Shown here piece by piece: positions 33,865 to 45,106 of a stretch of 64,000 nt of DNA (position 1 is its first letter; every line of letters begins with the position of its first letter). The stretch comes from Klebsormidium nitens. Its lineage: Eukaryota > Plantae > Klebsormidiophyceae. The DNA lies in contig DF237036.1 of NCBI GenBank assembly GCA_000708835.1, forward strand, positions 62,001 to 126,000. Reading direction: 5' to 3'. The notes beneath the pieces are model-generated. The model was given only the letters and a program-made list of their open reading frames with translations. It did not search any database and had not been told where the DNA came from. The position numbers were made by a program, and so were the translations under genes.

Positions 33865-36800
33865 TCAACTATACTCTGCGAAGTTTGTGTGACCCGTAGA
33901 CCTTGCGTGCTCTACCGCTTCTTTCTGACCTTTCAAACCTTGTTGGCAGCTTTGACACCGCAGCGTGAAGTTCTGAGTATCTGTGAACTTCTTGGCTCGA
34001 TGTTGCTCATCGACCAACTTTTCTGCACACATGCGAAGCCCAAATGGTCAGACCTCCCGTTTGTGACCTCCCGACAAACGGTCTTCCCCCTTATTAAGAC
34101 GTTGCGTCCAAAGATTCGCCTATTCAGAATCACGGCAAGCATTGGACGGAACGTTAAATGTAAGCTCCACTCTTGCTCTGCTGACTTCGCGGACAGTTTG
34201 GACGAACGATTCAACCTCCACTCTTGCTCTGCTGACTAAACTACCTACGGTTCAGATTGCAGACCCCGAGAATTTGCCGTCCTAAATTTGAAGTTTACCG
34301 TCTTCAAAGGTATTTTGTGGGCGAGGCGTCTCCAACCTTAACTTACATATGGCAGAGTACAATCCTCATCCCCGGAAGCCCTTTCATGCTTCGATATGGG
34401 GTGAGATACGGACTGCGGATGGATTCTTCTGACACGCGAATTCGGCTGACTGCAAAGAATCAGGAGCCGGATGACAAGCACGCGGGGTCGACAGAGAACT
34501 AGGAAGAAAGAAGAAAAGCAGATAAGCAAGATGGTCGAGGGATTAGAGCCGAGAAGGGGTCGCATTTACCTGCTAATTGCGTGACGTATCCTACCCCCCC
34601 GGTTTCGTCTACCGTGAATATCGTGACGTCGAAGTCCTTTGGCGCCCCCGGAAACATCTCGAGCGCCAGCGCATCGTAGTGAAGCCCGTCGTATATGAGC
34701 ATGGCTCGCTCTTTATAGCCTTCCCCCTGCAGGATAAATATTGCCGCACCTAAGGAAAGCACTTTCCAACGGAGAGCATAAAATATCAAGGACCTAAACA
34801 TAGCCTGAACTGTGCCCGTTCCTAGCGGGAAAAGGATCAAGATAGAGTCTGGCGCTCCGCCCACAAACAGAGCAAGCTGCCGTTTCAGCAAATAACCGGC
34901 CTACACGTCTCAAAAATATTCAGAGTTCGCTGCCCTTTTCTAACGATCTCCGTCGCTGGGCCGGCAGATCTGAAAGATTTACCTCAAGCTTTCTGGAACC
35001 TCGAGCTGCTCAATTTAGCGATCGTGTCGTATCGCCATTCATTTCTTGGCCCCTTTGGGCGAAAAGCGACCTTGATAGCGCCACAGAACTTCCAAGTCTG
35101 CCGAATCAAAGTTAGGACTGACACGAGATCAAGGCTTGATCTTGCAGTGGCTGAATCAACGATGACCCAGAAGAGATGGCCGAAACTACCGAGCTTCCTG
35201 AGCGTTACGTTTATTCACACTCCGAGCACCTTTTTACTTACTTGCTTAGCCTTCTGCCTACTCGCCTCTAGTGCCAGCTAGCAGATTGTTGCAAAGGTGA
35301 TGGCTTTCACACTGGAAAACAGGTTGCTATATCAGGAGCAACACAGGAACTGCTTCGCATGTGTATTCAAAGATGTTCCATCTCGAAATAGGCGCAGAAA
35401 ATTTTTGTCCAGAAATGTGCAGCAGCTTCGAGGAATATATCAAGCGACCCACCTGCCCATATATGTCGCACCGTTTCGTCTGTATATCGTAAGCCGCAAT
35501 CTCTCTTCCGTAATGGTCCGCCAGAACCGATAGCTCAATTGCGCCCCCCCACTTTTGCCGGTCTAAGATCCAACGGCAGTAATCCTCGTTGCTCTTCTCA
35601 AGCACTGCTTCATCGTACTGTTCGGGATCGGACCGCACTTTGTTTGCGATGACCCGCCGAAGCTCCTGCGACTTGCCAAGGTCATGGTCCATTACATACC
35701 TGGGGGAAAAGCACTCACAGTAAAAATCCAGTTATCGAGTTCGATTCCCTGGGTTTTCTCACTTCAGGACCTTTTTCCGTAACGCTCTTCAATGAACCAA
35801 CCTTGTTGCGCTTGCCCTCCGCAGTCCTGCAACTTTCCAAGGTCATGGTCCATCACTTCGTGGAAAAAGGAAATGCTTCAGGTTTCTCTATTTTATAACT
35901 CCTCAGCTCCAGGGCATCACGCCCTTGAAATTGTTTGAAGTCGGACGGCACTGTGACCCTTGTTCTTGAACCATAGAGCTCCCTGCAAGTGCCTGGAGTT
36001 ATTGTTCTCAAAACTGACCCTATGAGAGCACCGTTACTGCGGCAATCCTCTGGACCATCTCCACCAAGCAGTGAGAGACTTTTCTCAGCTGGCGATTCGT
36101 GAGCGGTAAAGAGCATCTTTCGACTGGCAAACTCCTTTTCTCCAGGAATCAGAATATCCCCCTCGTTCACTAGGCCAGCTTATAACGGAAGATATTACCA
36201 GTGATAGGCACTTGTTATCAGGGCATAAGAAATGGCGTTCAAATGCCCGCAGACTCAACAAGTTCAGGACTGACAGCCCTGGCTGTTGATAGTAGCGGTG
36301 TGGCACCAACGACAATGTATTTTGTGGACGCCATAAATTGCAGCCAAAAGAACCCAAATACTTTTAAAAGAAAGCACTGTGATGCGCAGTATGCAAAGGA
36401 ACATCCCCAGCACAAACCAACGCGACTTTGAGTATATTCCACTGGGGGGCTTTCTGGAAGACACATCTGAAGATTTTTATCACAAATGAAGCTGCACACG
36501 CGAAAGCCTTTGACACCTACAAACGTTCCATCAAACCTGACGAACACCTTTTCAAGCTCTCAGCCTCCGTCACAGACCGACATCCAAACCAAACCAAACC
36601 AAGACAGATGGCTGCTCCATAACATGACTTTACTAGCAACACTTTACCGTTCGCTTTTTCTGAAGAGGGGTGAAGATGGGACCCCAAAACCACTTCCCGA
36701 AAACAAGTTATAGAAGTTTTACAAGTTACAGATGGGTTATGTGGTGTAGCCTGCATGAGCATGTACTTTCAAGAGTAGTTCAGGGTTTGGTCGAGCAACT

Positions 36801-37143
36801 TCTTCTCCGTTTTCTTGTTTCTTGGTATCTGCAGCCCACCCATACCAGCTCATAAGCGCAGCACCTTCTAAGTTCAATAACCATAGCCCCTGCATCACTT
36901 TACCTCCCACAATCGAGTTCCTCTTATTTTGGCCACTTTCAAATTCACTTACCCGACAGCATTGAAGAGGCAGCTATTGTCCGCTGCGATTATGCGGCGC
37001 ACAATCTTTTCCTGTTCCATTCTTCTGCGTGGCTTCGGTCGTTCTGGCTTTTGGCGCCTTTGCAGGAAAACAAAGATGGCAACAAGAGAAACTCCACAGC
37101 AGACAGCTAGAACGTTCTTGAGATTGTGAGAGGGAGAGGCCAT
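33865..37143 (-). CDS. OTU1: OTU1/YOD1-type ubiquitin thioesterase (Arabidopsis OTU2-like) with a C-terminal C2H2 zinc finger; exons 36953-37143, 35453-35699, 34570-34726, 33865-34022
   Basis: VRRIIAADNSCLFNAVG|YVMD...WGGAIELSVLADHYGREIAAYDIQTKRCDIYGQ|...MLIYDGLHYDAL...|FTDTQNFTLRCQSCQQGLKGQKEAVEHARSTGHTNFAEYS*. The catalytic Cys and His motifs are intact and phases (2, 0, 1) are consistent. An alternative start is possible at 37020 (MEQEKIVRR). Confidence 0.95.
35800..35872 (-). repeat. Acceptor-side echo of OTU exon 35453-35699
   Basis: ctgcaactttccaaggtcatggtccatcac versus the real ctgcgacttgccaaggtcatggtccattac. Confidence 0.85.
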
Positions 37144-37144
37144 C

Positions 37145-37168
37145 TCACGACATGGACGCGTCCATGTC
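37145..37168 (-). promoter_or_regulatory. Perfect 20-bp palindrome (37149-37168) overlapping a 6-codon uORF (MDASMS*) whose stop ends 1 nt before the first in-frame ATG of the OTU gene
   Basis: GACATGGACGCGTCCATGTC is its own reverse complement. The minus strand reads ATG GAC GCG TCC ATG TCG TGA G ATG(37143). Confidence 0.5.
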
Positions 37169-37397
37169 CTTGCAGTTTCCAAGTGAAAGTTTCTCCTCAG
37201 AAATATCGAGGGCTTGGCACAGGCTTGGAAGTTGCTGTGGTTGGAACCCTAATTTTGAGGTTCTATTCGAGCACATATTTTTGAGAACGCATCATGTCGT
37301 ATGCCTGAAGCTATACTACATGTCGTTTGTAATCTCGAGTCAAACTAGTCCGTTATCAAACCAGTACGTGCTTATATATACGGACGAGAAGCACGTA

Positions 37398-37695
37398 CCG
37401 TAGTCCAAGGTAATGATTCCGAATGAATAAATAATTATTTGCATTCGCAAAGTCAGAAATTCAGGTTTCCCGTTTGGAAAGTGGACTATTAGGGATTCGG
37501 AAAGATCAAATTATTCTGAAATAGGCTTCGGAAGGCCAAAAACTGCTCAAATCAGCCCTAAAATGCGTCTTCAAGTATGAACATAGGGCATTCGGATTCT
37601 GGTCGGAATCCGCATAAGTAATTCCGCATTCCTGGTCGGATTGTTGGAAATTATTACTTGGAAAATCCGTTCGGAATGATCACGTTGGACTACGG
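37398..37695. mobile_element. 298-bp Tc1/mariner-type MITE (TA TSD) in the divergent OTU / methyltransferase intergenic region
   Basis: TA|CCGTAGTCCAAGGTAATGATTCCGAATGAAT ... (reverse complement CCGTAGTCCAACGTGATCATTCCGAACGGAT)|TA gives a 31-bp TIR with 5 mismatches and TA on both flanks. Confidence 0.88.
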
Positions 37696-38269
37696 TATTC
37701 CTGCCATTGAGCTGAGCTTCCTTTGTCTGGTGAATATTTCAAACGACTTGAGGGCAATAGGCAGAGTCCGCCTTTTATTTAATCTGTAGAGGGGGGTGAT
37801 GTTACAAGGTCTTCATCACCCCCTGAAATTAACTCTACGGACGAGCCTACCCTATATATGTCTCTGTTCAGGTAGAGGGTGGGTGGGCAAAGTGAACTTC
37901 TGCTTGAATTTCTAGCGGCGAGTTGGAAATGAGAGCTACGCAACTCGCTGCAAGGGTTTTATAGTCGAATTTCCTAGTCTGCAGCTAGGTTTATTATTAT
38001 CGAAAAAGTCTTATCGAACTATTCAACACTATTATCGCACTCTAGCCTATTCGTTAATAGTCTGAATATTACCTACATATTAGTCAACCTCATGAGCGTA
38101 TAGGTTCACACGGACCTGTATGTGTTCATGAAAGCTTGGAATATGTTATCGCAACATTTCCCATAAAATGCAGAACGCCTAGACTAGCTGGAGTTTGCTG
38201 GACAGTTCTAGACGCGATGCTCAGACTCAGAGTCAGCTAGAGCGCATTGAGGAGGAGCTCTCGAAGGCA

Positions 38270-40851
38270 ATGGGGCCATCTGATGAGGGTGGTGCGTCAG
38301 AAGGCTACCTGATGCCTACTCCTGTGGACTATGACAGCGAAGAGGACAGAGAGCGGAATGGTTGGGAGTGGGAGGCGCCAAGAGATCCTGCTGAATCAGA
38401 TTACAAATGTGACTTCGGTGGAGACGCTTTGCAGACAGAGAGTGGGAGCGATGCAATGAAAACCTACCAGGATGGAGAAGTTGAAGGAGATCTGGCTTTG
38501 GGAGAGGGGATTCCGTCGAACAAAGCTGCGGTGATAGTGGAGGGCTACCAGCCGTTTGGTTTGGAGGACAACAGGCCTGTGCTTGTGCAAGCAGTGCCTT
38601 CGAGGTGAGCTAAAGGAAGTTTTACTCCAATCGCACGATTCAATGAAGAAGACGGACATCAGGCTGACAAAGTGGTTGATACGGCCACTTGAGCGAATTG
38701 AACTGCATCATGAGCAATGAATGTACAGATTGATGTGTCAAGGACAAGTACAATGGTCAACTAAAATTGCAGGGCAGAGTTGATAAGGAACTAGGAATGA
38801 AAAAGTTGGGACCATCAGTCACCCTCGCAGAAGAGTTGACTTTCCGCAATAAGATGGTGGATAATGGGCCAAGACTGGACAGTACATCCTATGATGTTCT
38901 TGATGGAGGAGTTCTACATGGTGGCACCGTCAATCAACAAGGGTGCTCAAATTTTAAGTGCCTTAATGCCTTTGTACAACGGGTTTTGACATTTAATGAA
39001 GAAGCTGCATTATGTTTTCCTCATCTTTGAGTTTTGTTGATTGCTGTCCCTAAAATAGACTTGCTTGTTATTCTCCTAATCACAGAGTGGAGATTCCATG
39101 ACCCCTTCGTAACAAAGTCAATCGCACTTCCAAATATTTCTGTCATTTGTACGCTGTTGATTTGTCCAACTCTTCATTCGCCACACTCCTTTTTGCCTGG
39201 TGTCTGGCCTTTGCGCCCCTACTCTAACCCCACATCCCACTTTAACTGTACACCCCACCGATCACAGATCAAAGCTGTTCTTTGAAGTTCTCAGGATTGT
39301 ACTCGCTGAAGTCACCAACAAAAGCGACCTTCTTCAGAAGCTCTGCTTCTGTCTTTATGTATGCAAACAGCTCCAGCCCTTTCCTCCTTAAACCACTGCC
39401 CCCAAACTTATGTTCCGTAATCCAACCCCTGCGGGTGCCTCTCCTAACCTCGCCGCCGAATGCGTCTGGAAGCTCTTTGAAGCACTTTATGTGGCAAAAC
39501 ATCCATAAGCTCTTCCTCAACCATGCAAGCTCTCTTCTGCAGTAGCCTCTCCTCCTAGCTGTCGTCTGCCGCGAAGGCCCCCTGCCGTGTTCTCATTCGT
39601 CAGTCCATAAGGGCTTCCCCAGACCCCCTGCCATATGCTCATAGTTCACTTCATAAGCGCTCCCACAGATCCTGTGCCTCTTCCTCTTGCTTCGGTCCAT
39701 AAGTGCTCCCCCCAAAACCCCTGCAATGTCTTATTTCACCCTGAACTCCATACGCGCTCCCCTGTATCTGCAGGGGCCTCTCCTTCCAGCTTTGGCCTGC
39801 CGCCGAGGCCCTATGCCACTACCTGGAGACCGCTTATGGTACCATAAGCGGCCGCCTCCAGGGTCTGAGGGTGCTGGAACTAGGCGCTGGCACAGGCCTT
39901 GTCGGGATCTTCGCCGCTCAGCTTGGCGCTGATGTCATCCTGACGGACCTTCCTGGCGTGCTCGAGAACCTGAGGGCGAACGTGGCGCTGAACCAGGGGA
40001 GGGCTCAAGGGGTTAAAGGAAACCCCTTGATTGCCGATAACCCAGCGGTCAATGGCAACCATGTGGTCTTGGAGGAAGACGGGATGAATCGAATCTCAGC
40101 GACAGAAACGGGGAACTCCATCCCATCTGCAAAAGCAACAGTAAGGTTCAGTCAAACAGAAACGGACGATGAAGGATTGGTGCAGATGTGTACCCTGGCT
40201 GGTTCAAGGATTGGGCTGACATGCGAGACGGAAACAGAAACCCAGCCAATATTGGGTAAGGAGAAAGGTGTCTCGGGAATAGACGCTTTGGGCCATGAAG
40301 CAGAGTATGAAGCAGGATGTCATTTAGCAAATGATCAGGGCAAAACTTCTCGGAGCATGCACCGGATCAGTTCGAAGTCAGCTGGCAGCGTCAGTGTAGA
40401 ACCGCTTTCTTGGGGCGTAAGAGAGGACGTGGATGCGTTAGTCAAACGGACAGGAGGGTTCGATCTCGTTCTGGCTTCGGATGTGATTTACTACGACACG
40501 CTCTTTGAACCGTTGTTGCAAAGCCTGCGGTGGCTGACTGAGCCAGGGGTTGAGGAAACGCCTAGAGCCGGTAGTAGTAGTCCTCACTTTCCCAGTCATG
40601 AAGGGTGCGGAGATAGCACTGTCGAGAAAGCGTCGGAACGGAAACCGTCTGCAGGCCCACCAGCTAGAGCTTTGAATCCGGTAAGCAAGAAGCAAATTGT
40701 CTTGATTGCGCACTTGAGACGCTGGAAAAAGGACGCAAAGTTCTTTCGGAAAGCTAGCAAGTACTTTGACGTTCGGCTCGTCTATTCTCACCCTCCTGTT
40801 GGCGAAGCAAGGAAGGGAGTCGAGGTGTTCGAGATGGTTGTAAAAAACTAG
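38270..40851 (+). CDS. METTL21-like (family 16) protein-lysine methyltransferase; exon ending at 38604 and exon 39774-40851; start uncertain (frame open from about 38183, first ATG at 38270)
   Basis: VQAVPSR|GLSFQLWPAAEALCHYL...VLELGAGTGLVG...VILTDLPGVLENLRAN...LSWG...FDLVLASDVIYYDTLFEPLLQSL...LIAHLRRWKKDAKFFRKA matches the plant METTL21A-like motifs as I recall them. The phase-2 intron is AG|GTGAGC...CTGCAG|G. Confidence 0.88.
39600..39765 (+). repeat. Degenerate minisatellite of about 47 bp (4 units) just upstream of the methyltransferase exon-2 acceptor
   Basis: The core (c)cata(a/c)g-gct(t)ccc recurs at about 39605, 39652, 39697 and 39748. Confidence 0.55.
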
Positions 40852-42129
40852 ATTGCACCGTTACAGCACTCAATTGCACTCCATTAGCGCACACTGTCAC
40901 AGCATTATATGATCGTTCGAATGAACGGTGTAGCAGACAGTCAGCTCATCATGGCATGTCGGTCAGTGAGATAACATCTGTGCTGGCCGGGTCCCCCCCG
41001 CCAGTTCGTTAAAACGAACCGAACCGTATGGTAAGTTCGGACATGCTCCGACTGAGTCAGTGCACTGATCGCCACGCAGCCGCCTTTGAATATGTCGATC
41101 GCACACATTGAATTGGTCAGTTGCTGAGAGTCCAACCGTCGTACAAAGTTGATCATGAACAACATACATGACGGTGTGCACCGCGCTGCAAGCTAGCGCT
41201 ATGTCAAAGATGGCATGCCTGCAGATGATGGTCACTGCAAAAGCTAGACGGTGCCAGGCTCGGCCCCTGCGCACGCGATAATGTACTTCTATAATGATGT
41301 ACGTAAGTTAAGTGCACTAAAGAAAACTAGCTTGAAACTTATTCACTGACACCGGATCAACTCGCAAGGAACTCATCAGCGACCGGCTGGGCGCGGCGCT
41401 AGCAGGCTGCGCTCACCATGTGACCGTTAGCCTTGCATCATCATTTGGATCGATTCAAAAATTCGTGGCATGGATTTGTGAATCCAATCAAGACTGAGTT
41501 AGCTAGCCGCCCCATGGCCTGCCAGAATATCACTCCGGAACTTATCATTTGCCAACGTTGGTCTCCGACTGTCTTTATTATGCATCACGTTTAACTCTGT
41601 ATTCACCAACACACAATTCGATGGCATTAATGCAGCAGCAGGATATACTCCGAGCGGACGTAGAGGAGGCGGCACGCGTTTCGCCGCGGCGGGAGTTAGT
41701 GACCGTTAGCTCTGTGACCGGACATTTGCACATTTTGACCATGCCATGATGTCGCATAAAAGGTACATCTCGTCGCGGCATGTTGTGAGAAAAAAAATTA
41801 GATCATTATATGTTCCCTATCCATATTTGAGAAGATGAGAGTCCAATGATGCAGGTGTTCTGAGTCCGATCGCATGCCGCCAGATTTGAAACGAACAAAC
41901 TACCATATATACCACTACATTCATGCATTATACAGCATGTGAAGGTTCATAGCCTAAGCTGATCGATCCAACTGACGGAATATTTGACGGTGATCAATGA
42001 TCCATGTTGATTGATCTTTTGAGTCCAAGTTGCGCTAGGTCTACAAGGTCTCACATCCGAGTTCTCACAGTCCGACCGCTTAGCCTAGTAGGCAACTCAT
42101 GAACTTTTCAGCGTGCGGATACGTCAACC

Positions 42130-44325
42130 TCAAACCATCAACCCGTTTTTGACGACATCGTCAACGATCTCTTTCGGGTCACCCAGCCACGGGTGCAAGT
42201 GCCGCTGCGACGAGAACACTTCCTCAGGCGGCTGCAAAATGTACTCTAGATCTTTATCCAAGTACCCGTACCGCATCGCTAGGTTAAAGCAGGGTTCCAA
42301 CCGACCCACCACGTCGTACCACATAACCTGCGGCCACGTGGCAATCTCCGCCGGGGTCCTTCCATTCTCCTCGATCAAAAATTTGAGCCTATCGTTGAAG
42401 AAAATTCGTCGCTGCTCAAAGACTTCCGGCCACCCCGCCAGAACGTCGACTCGCTGGCGCTCCGTGAAGCCCCACTTTTTCAGGATCTTAACAAGGGGCG
42501 GCAGCGTTTTCTCTATGTTTAGCGCGAGCGAGTCCGGCTCTGTCACGACAAAGGAGTTGACGTCGTCCGGCGTGAAGCCTTCCGCAAGCAAGAGCTCAAG
42601 CTTCGTTTCCATACTTTGCAACGTGTTCTTCCCGAAGATGATCGGCGCCTCTTTCCATGACCGCTTCACGTCCTTCACGCCCCGTCTCTCCAGCAACTCG
42701 TACATCGGCTTCAACTGGTTCTCAACATCTTTCGAATAGGCCGCCGGATCTTGTTGGATGAGCTTTTTCTCGTCCCACCCCACAAACGCGAAGAACTCCC
42801 GCCGCTTCCGATACGCGTCTGGTTGCCACCGCAGCAAATGCGGGCTGTCAACGATAACCGCGTGGATTTCCTTGTCTTTAAACCCTAACCCCTCGCGCAG
42901 GTATGTGATTGCCCGGTGCGCTAGAGGCACCGTCATAGTAACCGGTTGAAACATGACGCCCAGTTTCGTCCGTTCCTGGTCTAAACCCAACGCCTCAAAG
43001 TACGCCCAGAGAAAGTCGAACTTGGTTAACGCCCTTAACCGCAGCTCCATCCGCTTGACCAAGTCCGGCTCGCCCTCGGCGGGGGATCCCTTCGGCGGCT
43101 TCGTCAGCATCTCGTGGTCCAGAAACCCACTACACCGCGTCGCAACAAAATCCGCTAACCCCGGTTCCATCTTCCGAAACCCCTTCAAATGCTGCGCCAA
43201 CACCTCCCGCGCCAGGCTTTGCTGCTCCTCCGGAAACGCGCTCTTAAACACGTCGTTGTAACCGAGTTTGTTATGGAACCACTCGACCGAAAACCCGACT
43301 TGCGAGTCGTACTCTATGTCCTCATGCTCGTCCGAATCCTGGGTTAGGTAACCGTTCTCGTCCGCAAACTCCCACGCGGCCGGGTCCGGCGGCGCGGCTT
43401 CCGGCATGGCTAGTATCCGCCGCATGTCCGGTGGAGTCTGCGCGCGCTTCTTTTCTTCCGCCTCTAGTTTCTGCCGCTCTCTGTGTTCCTGACTTTTCAA
43501 CACCCCCTCCGCGTATCCGCTCAGGTCCACGTCATCCGGGTTTTGTATCTCATCCCACTCTGCCTCCGCTCTCTCCCCCTCTTCTTCCACGGTTTCCGTA
43601 CCCCCACTTTCCGAATCGCCGCCGTCAGAGTCCGTATCATAACCCTGCATCTCGTCGAGGTCCGCCCCAAATTCCCGCTGAATTGCCGCAAAGGTCTCAT
43701 CTCCAACCCCCCACTCCGACTCAGACCCCGAGTCCTCTTCTCCCCCCCCCGGTCCGTCACTTTCTGCCACTCTCACAAGTGCCCCGTCTACTGTTTCCCG
43801 CGGTTTTCGTACCCCCCCTCGCGACGGCGCTTCCCCCGGACCCGGAACTTTCGTCGTCACGCCCCCCTTCCGCCGCACAACTCGCTCGCGCTTCTTCAAT
43901 TCGCGCGCTCTCCGCAGCGACCACTCTCCGTCGTATTTGGGGGCCGCCGCCTTGTTGTAGTTCTCCCAAAAGGGATCCCCCCCGGAGTCGTTCCCCCCCA
44001 TCACGCGCACAAACGTATCGTCGTCTACCGAGTCGATCCCGAACTCGTCCATCCGGTTCAGAATATCCTGCGGAGTCAGCAGCGCGTCTTTTTCTTCTTC
44101 TCCCCCTCCCTCGTTCCGTGCGGTCCATTTGAACTTGGTCAGGTCTAGCGCTGCTGGGGGCGCGTCAGAATCTCGCTCCAGTTCCGGGGGTTTCACTTTT
44201 TTGGGGGGTCGGGGGCGGGGCGCGAGGGGGCGCCGGTTGGGCGTGTAGAACCCCCCCGTTCCGGGGCCCCGCTTGCGAGGCTTGTTCTTGGCGCAGACGA
44301 TCGTTAGAGCGCAGGGTCTCGACGC
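42130..44325 (-). CDS. mTERF-family protein, probably plastid-targeted; a 2.2-kb terminal exon, with the 5' exon carrying the start unresolved
   Basis: The 688-aa ORF extends upstream in frame to CCTGCAG|GCG at 44325 (ASRPCALTIVCAKNKPRKR, a transit-peptide-like VxC/A). A long acidic region is followed by mTERF repeats (YLREGLGFKDKEIHAVIVDSPHLL, LKPMYELL, FLIEENG, IATWPQVMWYDVVGRLEP). Confidence 0.88.
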   Translation of the reverse strand, partial: ASRPCALTIVCAKNKPRKRGPGTGGFYTPNRRPLAPRPRPPKKVKPPELERDSDAPPAALDLTKFKWTARNEGGGEEEKDALLTPQDILNRMDEFGIDSVDDDTFVRVMGGNDSGGDPFWENYNKAAAPKYDGEWSLRRARELKKRERVVRRKGGVTTKVPGPGEAPSRGGVRKPRETVDGALVRVAESDGPGGGEEDSGSESEWGVGDETFAAIQREFGADLDEMQGYDTDSDGGDSESGGTETVEEEGERAEAEWDEIQNPDDVDLSGYAEGVLKSQEHRERQKLEAEEKKRAQTPPDMRRILAMPEAAPPDPAAWEFADENGYLTQDSDEHEDIEYDSQVGFSVEWFHNKLGYNDVFKSAFPEEQQSLAREVLAQHLKGFRKMEPGLADFVATRCSGFLDHEMLTKPPKGSPAEGEPDLVKRMELRLRALTKFDFLWAYFEALGLDQERTKLGVMFQPVTMTVPLAHRAITYLREGLGFKDKEIHAVIVDSPHLLRWQPDAYRKRREFFAFVGWDEKKLIQQDPAAYSKDVENQLKPMYELLERRGVKDVKRSWKEAPIIFGKNTLQSMETKLELLLAEGFTPDDVNSFVVTEPDSLALNIEKTLPPLVKILKKWGFTERQRVDVLAGWPEVFEQRRIFFNDRLKFLIEENGRTPAEIATWPQVMWYDVVGRLEPCFNLAMRYGYLDKDLEYILQPPEEVFSSQRHLHPWLGDPKEIVDDVVKNGLMV

Positions 44326-45106
44326 CTGCAGGCAAAGAGAGACAGCGAATTGCTCTTATCCTGTTGCGTACAAAATCTGGGACTCAACTTCTGGCTGTAG
44401 GACGAAGTGCTGAACAGGGGTTCATTGGACACGAGCAATAGAAGCAGGATACTAAGAAGGCTCCAGCAACGGTATCCGACAGGGAAAAGATGAAAGGAGG
44501 ACCATGTGCCCCGGAAATCGTCAGAAGAGACAAGTTTGCTTCGTTCTGAACGAAACTGGCCTGATGGAGCATTTCCAAGAGTGTCGCTCAAGGGCAGGAG
44601 TTCGCAGAGCAGAGATAGACTGATTTAGACGAGGTCTTAACAAAAGCATGCGCCGCGGACAAGTTTCGCGAAGAAAAAAGGCGGTCCAGAAAAGGAAGTG
44701 AACCGTCAAGATCCGAAGGCCTTTCCAAACAACACGACCGAAAAGAAGACCAGGGTCAATGCTTCTCCTTTCGGGTCACTAAATCAATTACAGAACTCCT
44801 CTCAAAAAGTCAATCGAAACACAGCAATGATCCCCTTTGCAGCACAGAAGTGGATGTATTCGACGACCAGCAACCGCAGAACAGAAAGTGTAGGAAGCAC
44901 AGCGCGAGGAGAAAAGGGCCGCTGGAATTCCAAGTCTGCTCAAGAAAAAGTAAACCCTTCAAGCAGATTCTGTCGCTCTTATAAGGAACACCTTAACCGT
45001 TTCTCGCCTTGCAGTCTCCTTCACCGGGCACTCCGTGTTTCTGCGTCATGCAACCACAGGAATCCTGAGAGTCCGTGAGGCGCAGACTGACCTGGTCGAG
45101 ACGGCG

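Noticed and set aside
21258-37255. Telomere-like TTTTAGGG / AACCCTAA words (about 21261, 26691, 37246)
   Set aside because: These are isolated single units, not an interstitial telomeric array; telo-box function cannot be supported.
43431-44148. Long plus-strand ORFs (233 aa, 221 aa) and the 208-aa ORF at 42113-42739
   Set aside because: They are antisense shadows of the GC-rich mTERF exon, low-complexity and without domain motifs.
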